Assembly (NCBI GenBank): GCA_944320495.1
Contig: CALUHR010000013.1
Span: forward strand, 256,001-320,000
Source: Candidatus Methanomethylophilaceae archaeon
GTDB lineage: Archaea; Thermoplasmatota; Thermoplasmata; Methanomassiliicoccales; Methanomethylophilaceae
Reading direction: 5' to 3'
Length of the DNA: 64,000 nucleotides
The position numbers were made by a program, and so were the translations under genes. Shown here piece after piece: positions 10,270-20,128 of the stretch (positions within the stretch are counted from its first letter, which is position 1; each line of letters starts with the position of its first letter). The notes below the pieces were generated by a model. The model saw only the letters and a list, made by a program, of their open reading frames with translations, did no database searches and had not been told where the DNA came from.

Positions 10270-11996
10270 ACTCCCAGCTCGGCGAACTGCTTGTCCATGT
10301 CCTCGCTGACGGCCTGAAGCTCGGCGTCGATGTTCTCCTCGTACTTGGCCTGGTTGAACCTGGACCTGACGGGGAGGTACGCGATCTTGTCGACCTGGAC
10401 GCCGGCCGCGAGGGCCTTGTCGGACAGGTCGGAGTACTTCTTGATCAGGCCGAGCATGACGTGCTGCCTCTGGATGGGGCAGTAGCAGTCCACGGGGTGG
10501 TACGCATTCTGCTGGAGGAAGATCTCACGGATCATCTTGGCGACCTCGAGGGTCATCTTCTGCTCGTCCGGCAGAGAGTCGGAACCGACCATCTGCACGA
10601 CCTCCTGCAGCTCGGACTCCTTCTGGAGGACCTGCATGGCCCACGCCCTGAGGGTGGGGAAGTCCTCGGCGACATTGGCCTTGTACCAGTCGACCAGCTG
10701 TTTGTCGTACATGGTGTACGAGGTCAGCCAGTTGATGGTGGGGAAGTGACGCCTCTCCCTCAGCTTGGTGTCCAGCGCCCAGAAGACGCGGACGATACGG
10801 AGGGTGTTCTGAGTGACCGGCTCGGACAGGTCTCCTCCGGGCGGGGAGACGGCTCCGATGACGGAGATGGATCCGTCCTCTCCACAGAGGGCCCTTGCAC
10901 GGCAGGCACGCTCGTAGAACTCGGACAGACGTCCGGCGAGGTACGCGGGGTAACCCTCCTCACCGGGCATCTCCTCGAGCCTGGAGGAGATCTCACGCAT
11001 GGCCTCGGCCCACCTGGAGGTGGAGTCGGCCATCAGCGCGACGTTGTATCCCATGTCGCGGAAGTACTCGGCGATGGTCATGCCGGTGTAGACGGACGCC
11101 TCACGGGCCGCCACAGGCATGTTGGAGGTGTTGGCGATCAGGACGGTCCTCTTCATCAGGGACTCGCCGGTCCTGGGGTCCACCAGCTCGGGGAACTCTG
11201 TCAGAACCTCGGTCATCTCGTTTCCGCGCTCGCCGCATCCGATGTAGACGACGATCTCGGCGTCGGAGTACTTGGCCAGGGACTGCTGGGTGACGGTCTT
11301 TCCGGTACCGAACGCACCGGGGATGGCGGCCGCACCTCCCTTGGCCAGGGGGAACATCGTGTCGAGGACACGGAGTCCGGTGACCAGGGGGACATCCGGC
11401 TGGTACTTCTCGGCGACGGGCCTGGGGACACGGACGGGCCAGTGCTGGCACATCGTGACCTCTTTGCCGTCGATGACGGCGACGGTCTCGTCGACGGTGA
11501 AGGATCCGCTCTTGATGGAGTCGATCTTTCCCTTCTTGATGTCGATGGGGACCATGATCTTGTGGACCATGGGCCCCTCCTGGACGGTACCGATGACCTG
11601 TCCAGCGGCGACCTCGTCTCCGACGTTGGCGACGGGGACGAAGTCCCATTTCTTCTCGTGGTCAAGACCGGGGGCGGAGACTCCGCGGTAGATGAAGTCT
11701 CCCATCTTCTCCCTGAGTACGGGCAGGGGCCTCTGGATTCCGTCGTAGACCGAGGTCAGGAGACCGGGTCCGAGCTCGACGGACAGGGGTTTGCCCGTGT
11801 TGGTGACGGGCTCACCAGGTTTGATACCGGACGTGTCCTCGTAAACCTGGATGATGGAGTAGTCGCCGATGATCTTGATGACCTCACCCATCAGCTGCTC
11901 CTTGCCCACGTGCACGACGTCGTACATCTTGGGGGAGATGCCTGTGGCGGTCACCACGGGTCCGGCGACCCTGTAGATTACACCTTCAGTGCTCAT
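10266..11996 (-). CDS. atpA: A/V-type ATP synthase subunit A
   Basis: Walker A GAFGTGKT; GCGERGNEM; [12 protein letters not shown]. Normal length, no intein. Confidence 0.98.
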   Translation of the reverse strand: MSTEGVIYRVAGPVVTATGISPKMYDVVHVGKEQLMGEVIKIIGDYSIIQVYEDTSGIKPGEPVTNTGKPLSVELGPGLLTSVYDGIQRPLPVLREKMGDFIYRGVSAPGLDHEKKWDFVPVANVGDEVAAGQVIGTVQEGPMVHKIMVPIDIKKGKIDSIKSGSFTVDETVAVIDGKEVTMCQHWPVRVPRPVAEKYQPDVPLVTGLRVLDTMFPLAKGGAAAIPGAFGTGKTVTQQSLAKYSDAEIVVYIGCGERGNEMTEVLTEFPELVDPRTGESLMKRTVLIANTSNMPVAAREASVYTGMTIAEYFRDMGYNVALMADSTSRWAEAMREISSRLEEMPGEEGYPAYLAGRLSEFYERACRARALCGEDGSISVIGAVSPPGGDLSEPVTQNTLRIVRVFWALDTKLRERRHFPTINWLTSYTMYDKQLVDWYKANVAEDFPTLRAWAMQVLQKESELQEVVQMVGSDSLPDEQKMTLEVAKMIREIFLQQNAYHPVDCYCPIQRQHVMLGLIKKYSDLSDKALAAGVQVDKIAYLPVRSRFNQAKYEENIDAELQAVSEDMDKQFAELGV

Positions 11997-12302
11997 TTAT
12001 TCATCCTCTGATTTGTATAAGTCAACTCCAATCGCTCTCTTCACCTTCTCACGGAGATCGCTCTGATCCCCTCCGACCGGCACGACGACGGGCTGGATCG
12101 AATCCATGACCCTGTGCCTGACGGCGAAAGAGAGGTTGTCCAGATCCTTCGCGTCCACTGCGAGGATACCGATGTTGGGCTGGGACATCGCCTCCAGCAT
12201 TTTTTCCTGGTAGTTGTCTTTCTCAGCAACGAAGACGCGCCTGATACCGGCGAGCCTGAAGCCGAGCACGAACTCATCGCTGCCTATTACTGCGATCTCC
12301 AT
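11997..12302 (-). CDS. atpF: A/V-type ATP synthase subunit F
   Basis: MEIAVIGSDEFVLGFRLAGI...KVKRAIGVDL. Confidence 0.96.
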   Translation of the reverse strand: MEIAVIGSDEFVLGFRLAGIRRVFVAEKDNYQEKMLEAMSQPNIGILAVDAKDLDNLSFAVRHRVMDSIQPVVVPVGGDQSDLREKVKRAIGVDLYKSEDE

Positions 12303-13366
12303 CGGATCACCAGCAACCCTTTGATGGTGTCTGCGTCCAGTCCGCTCTCCACTCCCCTCGAGATGGTCCTGATGTTGCTGACCTCGATCTCCTTGTGGAT
12401 CATGTAGTCGATGATGGGGACCACCGACAGGGGGTACATGTGGGAGAACTTGTTCGCGGCGGCGATCTCGTACTTCTTCATCTCGGTGACGACCTCCCTG
12501 ATGCTCACCTTGTCGGATTCCACGAGTCCCTTGATGGAGTCGTAGAATTCGAGGCGGGACAGGTCGGAGGACGCGGCGGCGATGGTCTCCGCGTTGGCGA
12601 GCTGAGTCGCGTAGCGGGTGTCGATCTGCCTTCCCCCGGGGATGATGTACTTCATCACGACCTCGCCGTGGATCCCCTCCGCCTTGAGCTTGAGGATCGT
12701 CTCGAGGTTCTTGATGTCGATCTCCGTCCTGACGTAGTCCTGGAACATCCTGGTCGGCCTGGAGGTGGGGTTGATGCTCTTGACCAGCCTCACGTAGTGG
12801 GCCTTGTCCAGGTAGTCCTCGATCTCTCCCAGGTTCCCGGTCGACTTGTAGGTCGAGATGACGTCCTGGGGGATCGTGATGTGTTCCATCTTGTCGTAGT
12901 TCGCGATTATGTCTTCCACACTGTCGAGCGAGAGCAGCTTCTCCAGAGACTCGGAGTCCAGACTTCCGGCGGGGACCAGGTCCTCCCTGATTCCCTCGGG
13001 GTCAAGTCCGTACGACTTGCCGCGCAGGATGACCTTCAGGTTCCAGATGTCCCACTTCTCGAGGTACGCCTGGACCATGCCCTTGAGCTCTCCCTGGGAG
13101 GCCTGCAGGATGCTGCTGAACACCTTCGCCATGTTGGTGTAGGTGGCGTGCTCCACGAGGTCCATCCCCTCCAGCCTGCCGGCGAGGTCGGTCATCTCCT
13201 TCTGATAACCGGACTCGCTGATGTAGCGGGAGATCTCCGGGACGCTCATGAGCAGCATCTTGTTGTAGTCCTCGTCCTTGAGGAGAAGGGCCTTCTTGGC
13301 CTTCACCCTGGACACGGCATACGCGTAGTTGCCTGCCCTTCCGCTGCGGTTGAACATTGCTCTCAC
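12302..13366 (-). CDS. atpC: A/V-type ATP synthase subunit C
   Basis: GNYAYAVSRVKAKKALLL...DIWNLKVILRGK. Ends ...KGLLVI-CGA(12304-12302), overlapping the atpF ATG by 1 nt; standard-code end 12287. Confidence 0.95.
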
Positions 13367-13920
13367 CCGAAGAGGATGTCGGACACCTTCTTGATCTCGC
13401 GGTCCCAGATGGACTGCAGGATCGTGGAGTACTGCATGTCGACCTCGACGGAGCCGTCCTCGCTCTGGAAGATCAGTCCGGAGGAGATCTTGGAGTCCTT
13501 CACGACCTCGCTGACACCGAGCTCGGCGGCGGTGAAGTCGTCCTTCTCGGACATGAGAGCCCTGGGGTTCTCGATGATGCCCTTGGCGACTTTGACCATT
13601 GCCTTGTACTGGGTGAGCTTCTCCGCGGCGGAGGCGCCCTCCAGGTCAGCGAGCATGCTGTCGAACGTCTGGGCGAGGATCTCCTTCTTCTTAGCAAGGA
13701 CGATCTTCTTGCTCTCGAGCTCGGCGCTGGAGAGCTCCTGGCGCTCGAGGCGCTCAATGGCCTCCTTCAGCCTCTTGTCCTCTTTCTCCTTCAACTCGGC
13801 GATCTTCGCCTCGGCGTCGGCGGTGATCTTCGCGACCTCCTCGTCAGCCTCGGCCTTCAGGGCAGCCGCCTTGGCGTCTGCATCCCTGGAGATCTCCTGA
13901 GTTACGTTCGCTAGTGCCAT
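13363..13920 (-). CDS. atpE: A/V-type ATP synthase subunit E
   Basis: Coiled-coil N-terminus; GGLI-like SGLIFQSEDGSVEVDM; position in the operon. Confidence 0.93.
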   Translation of the reverse strand: MALANVTQEISRDADAKAAALKAEADEEVAKITADAEAKIAELKEKEDKRLKEAIERLERQELSSAELESKKIVLAKKKEILAQTFDSMLADLEGASAAEKLTQYKAMVKVAKGIIENPRALMSEKDDFTAAELGVSEVVKDSKISSGLIFQSEDGSVEVDMQYSTILQSIWDREIKKVSDILFG

Positions 13921-13939
13921 GAGAATACCTCTCGACGGC

Positions 13940-14179
13940 TCACATCACGAAGATACAGAGGATAGAGATGACCAGACCGAAGATGACGATAGTCTCGGGC
14001 AGCACGGTGAACATCAGCGCCTTTCCGAAGAGGGACATGTCCTCGGTGATGGCTCCGACGGCCGCGGCTCCGATGTCTTTCTCGGCCATACCGGATCCGA
14101 TACCGGCGAGTCCGACGGCGAGTCCAGCTCCAATAGCGACGAGTCCAGGGGTAATGTCGACGATTCCGTTCTCTATCAT
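13940..14179 (-). CDS. atpK: ATP synthase proteolipid subunit K (c), single hairpin
   Basis: GAGLAVGLAGIGSG...FTVLPETIVIFG with the conserved ion-binding Glu. Confidence 0.96.
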   Translation of the reverse strand: MIENGIVDITPGLVAIGAGLAVGLAGIGSGMAEKDIGAAAVGAITEDMSLFGKALMFTVLPETIVIFGLVISILCIFVM

Positions 14180-14201
14180 TTGTTACACCTCATTGTTTGC
14201 T

Positions 14202-16274
14202 TTACGCGTTGGTTGAAACTGTTTTCTTGCGTTTGATTGCGAGAGGCTCAAACTCGATTCCTCCGCCGTCGAAGAACTTGGCCATGAACTCCACGTACTG
14301 CAACCTGAGACCGTGCAGACCGGCGGAGATGATAGCCAGAGTCCAGATCATAAGATGGCCGAAGGCGATCATGATCAGGCAGAACACCAGACCGACGATG
14401 CTTCCCTCGAATGATCCAGTTCCCGCGGTCGCGTCCCAGACATAGCCTCCGAACATGTCGATGGCGATGTAGTTGAACGCGAGCGCCATACCCGCCTTGG
14501 ACATACCGATGGCAGCCAGACGAGCGTATGAAAGGACGTTTCCGATGATTCCGGGCAGCTCCAGGATAGCCTGCGCACCCTCGTGGCGGTTCAGGACCGT
14601 TCCGACGATGATCAGGACGATACCGAGGATGATGCACACCAGGTCAACGGTCATCAGGCCCGACTCGAGCCAGAAGATAAGGTAGTTGGCGAGTCCGTAG
14701 CACATGAAGACGATTCCGAGGAAGGCGAGCAGCCAGCCGCCCTTCTCCATGAACGCGTGCTTGAATCCGTGCTGGATCGTCTTGTTGTAGATGGCGCATA
14801 TGTACCCCAGTGCGAGGTGCACGACACCGATGTAGACGGTCAGCTTCATCAGGAAGCCGATCCACTCGGCACCGATCTTGCTGACTCCGTGGCCCTCGGG
14901 CAGGAACGAGAAGAAGCCGGCGATGGCCTCGTGGTTGAGACCCAGCAGCTGCTCCCATGTATGGGTGACTCCATCAGTCGGGATGCCGACGAAGTGCATT
15001 CCGAGGCATTCTCCGAAGAAGAAGAATCCGAAGATGAATGCCCATATTCCTCCGAAGAAGAACACGGTGGCGATTGCGCGCCAGTCTTTGTGGTGCGTGA
15101 CCTTGAGGCCGTACGCTCCAAGGATTATGAACGGGATTGCATATCCCACGTCTCCGACCATGAACCCGAAGAACAGGGGGAAGAAGATGGCGATCAGGAT
15201 GGAAGGGTCAATCTCCTGATACTTGGGCACCGACACCAGCTTGGTGGGGTACTCGAACTCCTTCGCGACCACTCCGTTGTTCATCTTGGTCGGCGGTTCC
15301 CTGAACCTCTTCTCGATGTCGTCCACTCCGTCGAGGGACCTGCCGCGGGTCTCCTGGACCTCCACGTAGACGCTCTCGACCTTGGTCTCGAGCTCGTTCT
15401 TGACGAACCCGGCCTTGGACTCGGGCACCCACGCGTCGATCACGAAGGTGTACTCGCTGTTGGCAATCCTGAGGGGAAGCTCCCCTTTCTCGACCTCGAT
15501 GGACAACTCCTCATCGGAGGCTTCGAGGAAATCCGTATACTTCACCATGAGGCTCTCGATATGTTTTCCGATGCTGTCGAGCTCGCTCGTCGCAGCCTCT
15601 TCCTCGCGCGCAATCGCCGTGAGGGCGGCGGACGGGGATCCGGTGATGCCCTCGGGGACGACGATCTCGGAGAAGCCGTGCTCGGCCAGAATGCTCTGGA
15701 CCTTGTCACGGACCTCGTTCCTGGCGAAGACCGCTATGACATTGCCCTCCTTCTTGTCGAAGGAGGAGAAGACCTCCACATCCGCGTTGACGAGGTCTGT
15801 GGAGGGGTCGTCTGCGACGGTGCCGACCATGGAGAATATGCTCCTGTAACCGGAGTACATCTCGAGGTCGATCGGCAGCCTGGAAAGGATTTCGAGATTC
15901 CTCTTGGTAGCGCTTAGCTCGGTGATTCTCTGATTGAGATCATTCCGCCTGTCGAAGACGGCATTAACCTCCGCCTCGACAGTCTCGACGCTGTCAGATG
16001 AAATCTGGCTCTTGATCTCGGCCTCGGGTATGGGGTTGGACTTCACCTTGGGGGTGATGCCGAGTCCCTTCTCCATCGCACGCACCTTCAGCAGCCTCTC
16101 GGATGCCTTAGGCGAGTACGGACGGGAAGTCCCGAGACTGAAACCTTCATCCGCGCCGACGGTATGATCGATCAGGTGGATGGATCCTACATCGTAGATG
16201 ACCTGGATGGCATCGTCGATGTGGGATTTGGCACCCACAATCACAATCCTACTCATCGACTCAGGAAGTGACAT
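14202..16274 (-). CDS. atpI: A/V-type ATP synthase subunit I (a)
   Basis: EIDPS...FFGFMVGDVGY; LSYARLAAIG; HGLRLQYVEF. Confidence 0.96.
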   Translation of the reverse strand: MSLPESMSRIVIVGAKSHIDDAIQVIYDVGSIHLIDHTVGADEGFSLGTSRPYSPKASERLLKVRAMEKGLGITPKVKSNPIPEAEIKSQISSDSVETVEAEVNAVFDRRNDLNQRITELSATKRNLEILSRLPIDLEMYSGYRSIFSMVGTVADDPSTDLVNADVEVFSSFDKKEGNVIAVFARNEVRDKVQSILAEHGFSEIVVPEGITGSPSAALTAIAREEEAATSELDSIGKHIESLMVKYTDFLEASDEELSIEVEKGELPLRIANSEYTFVIDAWVPESKAGFVKNELETKVESVYVEVQETRGRSLDGVDDIEKRFREPPTKMNNGVVAKEFEYPTKLVSVPKYQEIDPSILIAIFFPLFFGFMVGDVGYAIPFIILGAYGLKVTHHKDWRAIATVFFFGGIWAFIFGFFFFGECLGMHFVGIPTDGVTHTWEQLLGLNHEAIAGFFSFLPEGHGVSKIGAEWIGFLMKLTVYIGVVHLALGYICAIYNKTIQHGFKHAFMEKGGWLLAFLGIVFMCYGLANYLIFWLESGLMTVDLVCIILGIVLIIVGTVLNRHEGAQAILELPGIIGNVLSYARLAAIGMSKAGMALAFNYIAIDMFGGYVWDATAGTGSFEGSIVGLVFCLIMIAFGHLMIWTLAIISAGLHGLRLQYVEFMAKFFDGGGIEFEPLAIKRKKTVSTNA

Positions 16275-16593
16275 TTAGGGTCCTCTCGAATTCATTTTTG
16301 AGAAAATCTTTGACTTCCTGCATTTTCGCCTCGGAGCCCTTGGTGAAGGTCTCGGCCTCCAGCCTGCCGGTGGCAAGCATGGACTCGCGCTTGACCTTCA
16401 GGTCGGCGGTCTCCTTGGCGATCGCGGATTCGTAAGAGCTGCGCATCTGAGCCTCAGCGTCCTGAATCTTCTTCACAGAATCCCTGCGGGATTCGGCGAT
16501 GGCGGACTTCTTGTCGGCCTCGGCCTGAGCGACCTTGGCGTCGGCATCCGCCTCCGCTTTCTTAATTTCCGAAAGTATGTCGATTCGGCTCAA
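16261..16593 (-). CDS. atpH: ATP synthase subunit H (peripheral stalk)
   Basis: First gene of the operon; ILSEIKKAEADADAKVAQAE coiled coil. TTG start 6 nt after GGAGTG (alternative GTG 16602). Codon 3 is CGA (see findings). Confidence 0.85.
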   Translation of the reverse strand: MSRIDILSEIKKAEADADAKVAQAEADKKSAIAESRRDSVKKIQDAEAQMRSSYESAIAKETADLKVKRESMLATGRLEAETFTKGSEAKMQEVKDFLKNEFERTLNVTS

Positions 16594-16702
16594 ATTCAAC
16601 ACTCCCCGACCCTAGGAGTTCGTATCTTCTCGCGATACTTAACTATAACCCCCTCCAGAGGGTGCTGGGTGGCGGACGGCACGATAAGAGCCAGACGCTC
16701 CA

Positions 16703-17152
16703 TCATTGGAGATGGAACTGTCTTGTCACAATGTCAGTCTCTTTGAGAAGGCTGTGGGACAGATCGTCGATGTATCCCTCGTCGTAGACGATCTCCCTGA
16801 TTCCCGCGTTGATGAGGATCTTGGCACACATGGAGCACGGGAACGTGGTCGTGTATATCGTCGCCCCGTTCACGCTGACGCCGAAATATGCGGCCTGGGT
16901 CACCGCGTTCTGTTCTGCGTGGACGCCCCTACACAGCTCGTGCCTGGTCCCGGACGGGATGTTCATCTGGACTCTGATACAACCGAGCTCCTCGCAGTGG
17001 CGCGTACCCTTGGGGGAACCGTTGTAGCCCGTGGACAGAACCCTCTTGTCCTTGACGATGACGGCCCCTACCTTCCTCCTGAGGCATGTGGACCTCGTGG
17101 AGACGAGCCGGGCCATCTGCATAAAGTACTCGTCGTTGCTGGGTCTGTCCAT
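16703..17152 (-). CDS. dCMP deaminase / cytidine-deoxycytidylate deaminase (ComEB-like)
   Basis: [29 protein letters not shown] Zn motifs. Confidence 0.93.
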   Translation of the reverse strand: MDRPSNDEYFMQMARLVSTRSTCLRRKVGAVIVKDKRVLSTGYNGSPKGTRHCEELGCIRVQMNIPSGTRHELCRGVHAEQNAVTQAAYFGVSVNGATIYTTTFPCSMCAKILINAGIREIVYDEGYIDDLSHSLLKETDIVTRQFHLQ

Positions 17153-17254
17153 ACGCTTGTATCATGCGTCACATATAAGGGAATTCTGAACGGAAACTGG
17201 GTCGTCCGGACGTCCGTACTGTTTTTATTTATTCGAAACCAGTTGTGGTGTCCA

Positions 17255-18112
17255 GTGAGCGGGGACAACAAGGGATTCATTCTGACGATTCTGGTCATAG
17301 TCATCGTGTTTGTCGGCGGATACGCCGCACTCGTAGTGTACACAGGATCCAGCGTCCCCTTCAGCTCCGTCGTCTCCGAGAGCATGCAGCACGACAACGA
17401 CAGGTCCCAGATCGGCGTCATAGACACCGGGGACATAGTCATCGTGCGCGACCCGGACAAGACCGACATCCACAGCTACGTGGAGAGCGTCGCCGACGGC
17501 TACGAGTCCTTCGGGAACTACGGATCCGTGATAATCTACAACCGCGTGGGACAGAACCCCGTCATCCACAGAGCGATGCTGTGGCTGGACTACAACGGGG
17601 ACGGAACGTGGTCAGCTCCCGACCTCGCGAACATCCAAGGAAGCTGGTACTATCAATACGAGACCGTGAACAGCGAGACCGGCGAGGTCACCGTCACGAG
17701 GGGCACTGACTACATGAACATACGCGGGGAGCTCCACTTCCTTGACCTGGACGGAAAGACCCCGTACATCGACCTGGATTCCCTCGCAGTCAAGAAGAGC
17801 GGATTCCTCACCATGGGCGACAACCACGAGACCAACCCGAACTTCGACCAGCAGTCCGGGATAGTCGACCATCTGATCTCCCATGAGGACATCAAATCGG
17901 TGGCGGTCATCGAGATTCCATGGATGGGATCCCTGAAGCTGCTCATCAACGGAAGCGACAATCTGGCACATGTGCCGAACAGCGTCCCGTCCCTGATAAT
18001 GGAGATAGTCCTCGTGTTCTCGGCGCTCATGCTCCTCGATTTCCTCACCGTGTTCAGATACAACAGGAAGAGACAGAGGAAGATCGAGCTGGTCGAGAAG
18101 TGGAAGGGACGA
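17255..18112 (+). CDS. S26 family signal peptidase I
   Basis: N-terminal TM; catalytic VVSESMQH; TGDIV, VIHRA, TMGDN; C-terminal TM. GTG 17255. Ends ...KWKG-CGA(18110-18112); standard-code end 18226 runs through an ORB and into cdc6. Confidence 0.85.
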
Positions 18113-18116
18113 CGCC

Positions 18117-18148
18117 GACCCACCCACCCCTCCATTTCCACTGCGAAC
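18117..18148 (-). promoter_or_regulatory. ORB (origin recognition box) downstream of cdc6
   Basis: Minus strand GTTCGCAGTGGAAATGGAGGGGTGGGTGGGTC: ORB-like core plus G-string; perfect inverted copy of 19694-19725. Confidence 0.75.
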
Positions 18149-18192
18149 TCCGGAAGGGTGTACCCCCTTCGAAGACACGTGAAAAACGACGC

Positions 18193-19446
18193 TCAGATGA
18201 GCGTCGTCTGCTTCGGAGGCTTGTAATCAGCGAAGACCTCGTCCTCCTTCAGCATCTCGATGATGTCCTTGGAGATGCAAAGCTCGATCTCCTTTGTGCG
18301 ACCCGCGTTGCCATAGGATTTGAGTTTCGCATGGATGACACCGAGCATGTCGAGCTCCTGGATGAGACCGGTGATCCTCCTCTGGGAGAGGACCGACTGA
18401 CCTATGTTCTCGCAGACGTATCTGTAAGAAGAATAGACATCGCCGGTCGTCATGACGGGCATGTCATTCTCGGTGTTCCTGATGATGCCCATGAGAAGGA
18501 TCTTGGACTGGATGGTGAGGGTTTTGATGACCTCGGTCATCGCATCGATCTCGATCTTGTTCTTGGCGGAACGGACATGAGCCGAGGTAATCTTGGAATC
18601 ACCGTTCCTTCCGGCTATCTCCGCGGAGATCCTCAGAAGATCGAGGGCGCGTCTCGCATCCCCCATCTCCTGCGCAGAGAGAGCAGCGCAGTAGGGAATC
18701 ACATCCTCGTCGAGGACTCCGTCCTCGAACGCGAACTTCGCCCTGTTGTAGAGGATGTCCTCGAGCTGCTGGACGTTGTAAGGAGGGAAGACGATCTTCT
18801 CCTCTCCGAGCCTGCTCTTGATCTTCGGACTCAGGAGATCCGTGAACTTGGCATTGTTGGTGATGCCTATGATGGAGACCCTCGATTTCTTCAGGACCTC
18901 GTTCAGTGTGGTGAGATAGTAGAAGATGTCGTCGCCGTTCCTCTCGACGGATCTGTCGATTTCGTCCAGAACGACAACGAAGATCCTGTTCTCGTTGTCG
19001 ATGACCTCTGCCAGAGCGGTGAGGATTTTGTCCAGACTCCACCCGGTGAACGGGATCTTGTTGTTGCTCGGATCCTTGACGATCTGGTTGGAGATGCTGT
19101 ACATTATTCCGTATGCGGTGTCGTTGACCTCGCAGTTCACATAGATGAAACACACATGGTCCTCGTTCGGGTCGGCCTTCTTCAGTTCCTTCCCGATGTA
19201 GGTCATGACCGCGGTCTTTCCCGTTCCCGTCTTTCCGAAGATCAGGATGTTGGATGGCTTGTTGTCTCCCAACGCAGGTGCGAGGATCTCGACGATGGCG
19301 TCGATCTTGTCCTTCCTGTGCGGCAGGTTGTCCGGGATGTAGGTGGTCTGCAGTATCTTCGAGTCCTTCACGAGACTGTGCCTCGTGCTCACGTACTGTG
19401 TGAAGATGCTGGATCCCTCTTCCATTGGAAACACCGCTGTTTCCAT
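18193..19446 (-). CDS. cdc6: Orc1/Cdc6 replication initiator
   Basis: LPHR, Walker A GKTGTGKT, Walker B VVLDEID, GDARRALDLLR, C-terminal winged helix. Start could be ATG 19425. Confidence 0.97.
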   Translation of the reverse strand: METAVFPMEEGSSIFTQYVSTRHSLVKDSKILQTTYIPDNLPHRKDKIDAIVEILAPALGDNKPSNILIFGKTGTGKTAVMTYIGKELKKADPNEDHVCFIYVNCEVNDTAYGIMYSISNQIVKDPSNNKIPFTGWSLDKILTALAEVIDNENRIFVVVLDEIDRSVERNGDDIFYYLTTLNEVLKKSRVSIIGITNNAKFTDLLSPKIKSRLGEEKIVFPPYNVQQLEDILYNRAKFAFEDGVLDEDVIPYCAALSAQEMGDARRALDLLRISAEIAGRNGDSKITSAHVRSAKNKIEIDAMTEVIKTLTIQSKILLMGIIRNTENDMPVMTTGDVYSSYRYVCENIGQSVLSQRRITGLIQELDMLGVIHAKLKSYGNAGRTKEIELCISKDIIEMLKEDEVFADYKPPKQTTLI

Positions 19447-19725
19447 TGAATGGGAGATATGATATAATGCTTTGGGAGACCTCAGTTTCCAGTGGAAATC
19501 CCACGACTCCGGACATCCGGTGTGGAAGTTGATTTTATAGAAGAATGCTGTACGCGGATTAAGCCCCAGGAGTGGTTAGAAAATGAAAGGATGGCTTGTC
19601 ATCGGCGCCTGTGTAGTGTGTATTCTCCTCTTCATCGGATTCCTCTACGTCGTCGGATCCTGAACTCTGAAACACACCCATACCCCTCTAGCGGTTCGCA
19701 GTGGAAATGGAGGGGTGGGTGGGTC
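19414..19725. promoter_or_regulatory. Probable replication origin (oriC) with ORB / mini-ORB elements upstream of cdc6
   Basis: gtttccagtggaaat at 19485-19499; full ORB at 19694-19725; ORB-like ttccattggaaac at 19420-19432; relatively AT-rich spacer at about 19530-19630. Confidence 0.7.
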
Positions 19726-19788
19726 CTCGTCGGTGCAGTGCTGACGCAGGACATCGACATTATATCCCAGTGCCGACAGGGACGTCCC

Positions 19789-20076
19789 ATGTCTGCACAC
19801 AGGTATGCCGCCTTGGGAATGGCAGTCGTATTGGTCGTTCTCACTCTGGTCCTGTTCTCGGACGAATCCATGCAGGAGGATCCGGACATGACCGGGATAG
19901 TGAGTGATATCAAAGAGGGAACGAACGGATATACCTTCATTCTGAACACATACGACGGAAGTGTGAGGTGCTTCTTCCGCGAGAGGCCTGCAGATCTCTC
20001 GTACTGCGGCGTCTCTGGGACCTTCTCCGACGACGGGTCCATACTCTTCGTGGAGAGATTGGTCCATTTGGATCGA
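19789..20076 (+). CDS. Small membrane-anchored hypothetical protein (possible OB fold)
   Basis: N-terminal TM followed by a beta-rich segment. Ends ...LVHLD-CGA(20074-20076); standard-code end 20094. Confidence 0.6.
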
Positions 20077-20128
20077 TCGTCGCATCATCAATAAGAATCC
20101 GAACGGGATATGTCGTCGCGGTGCAGAG

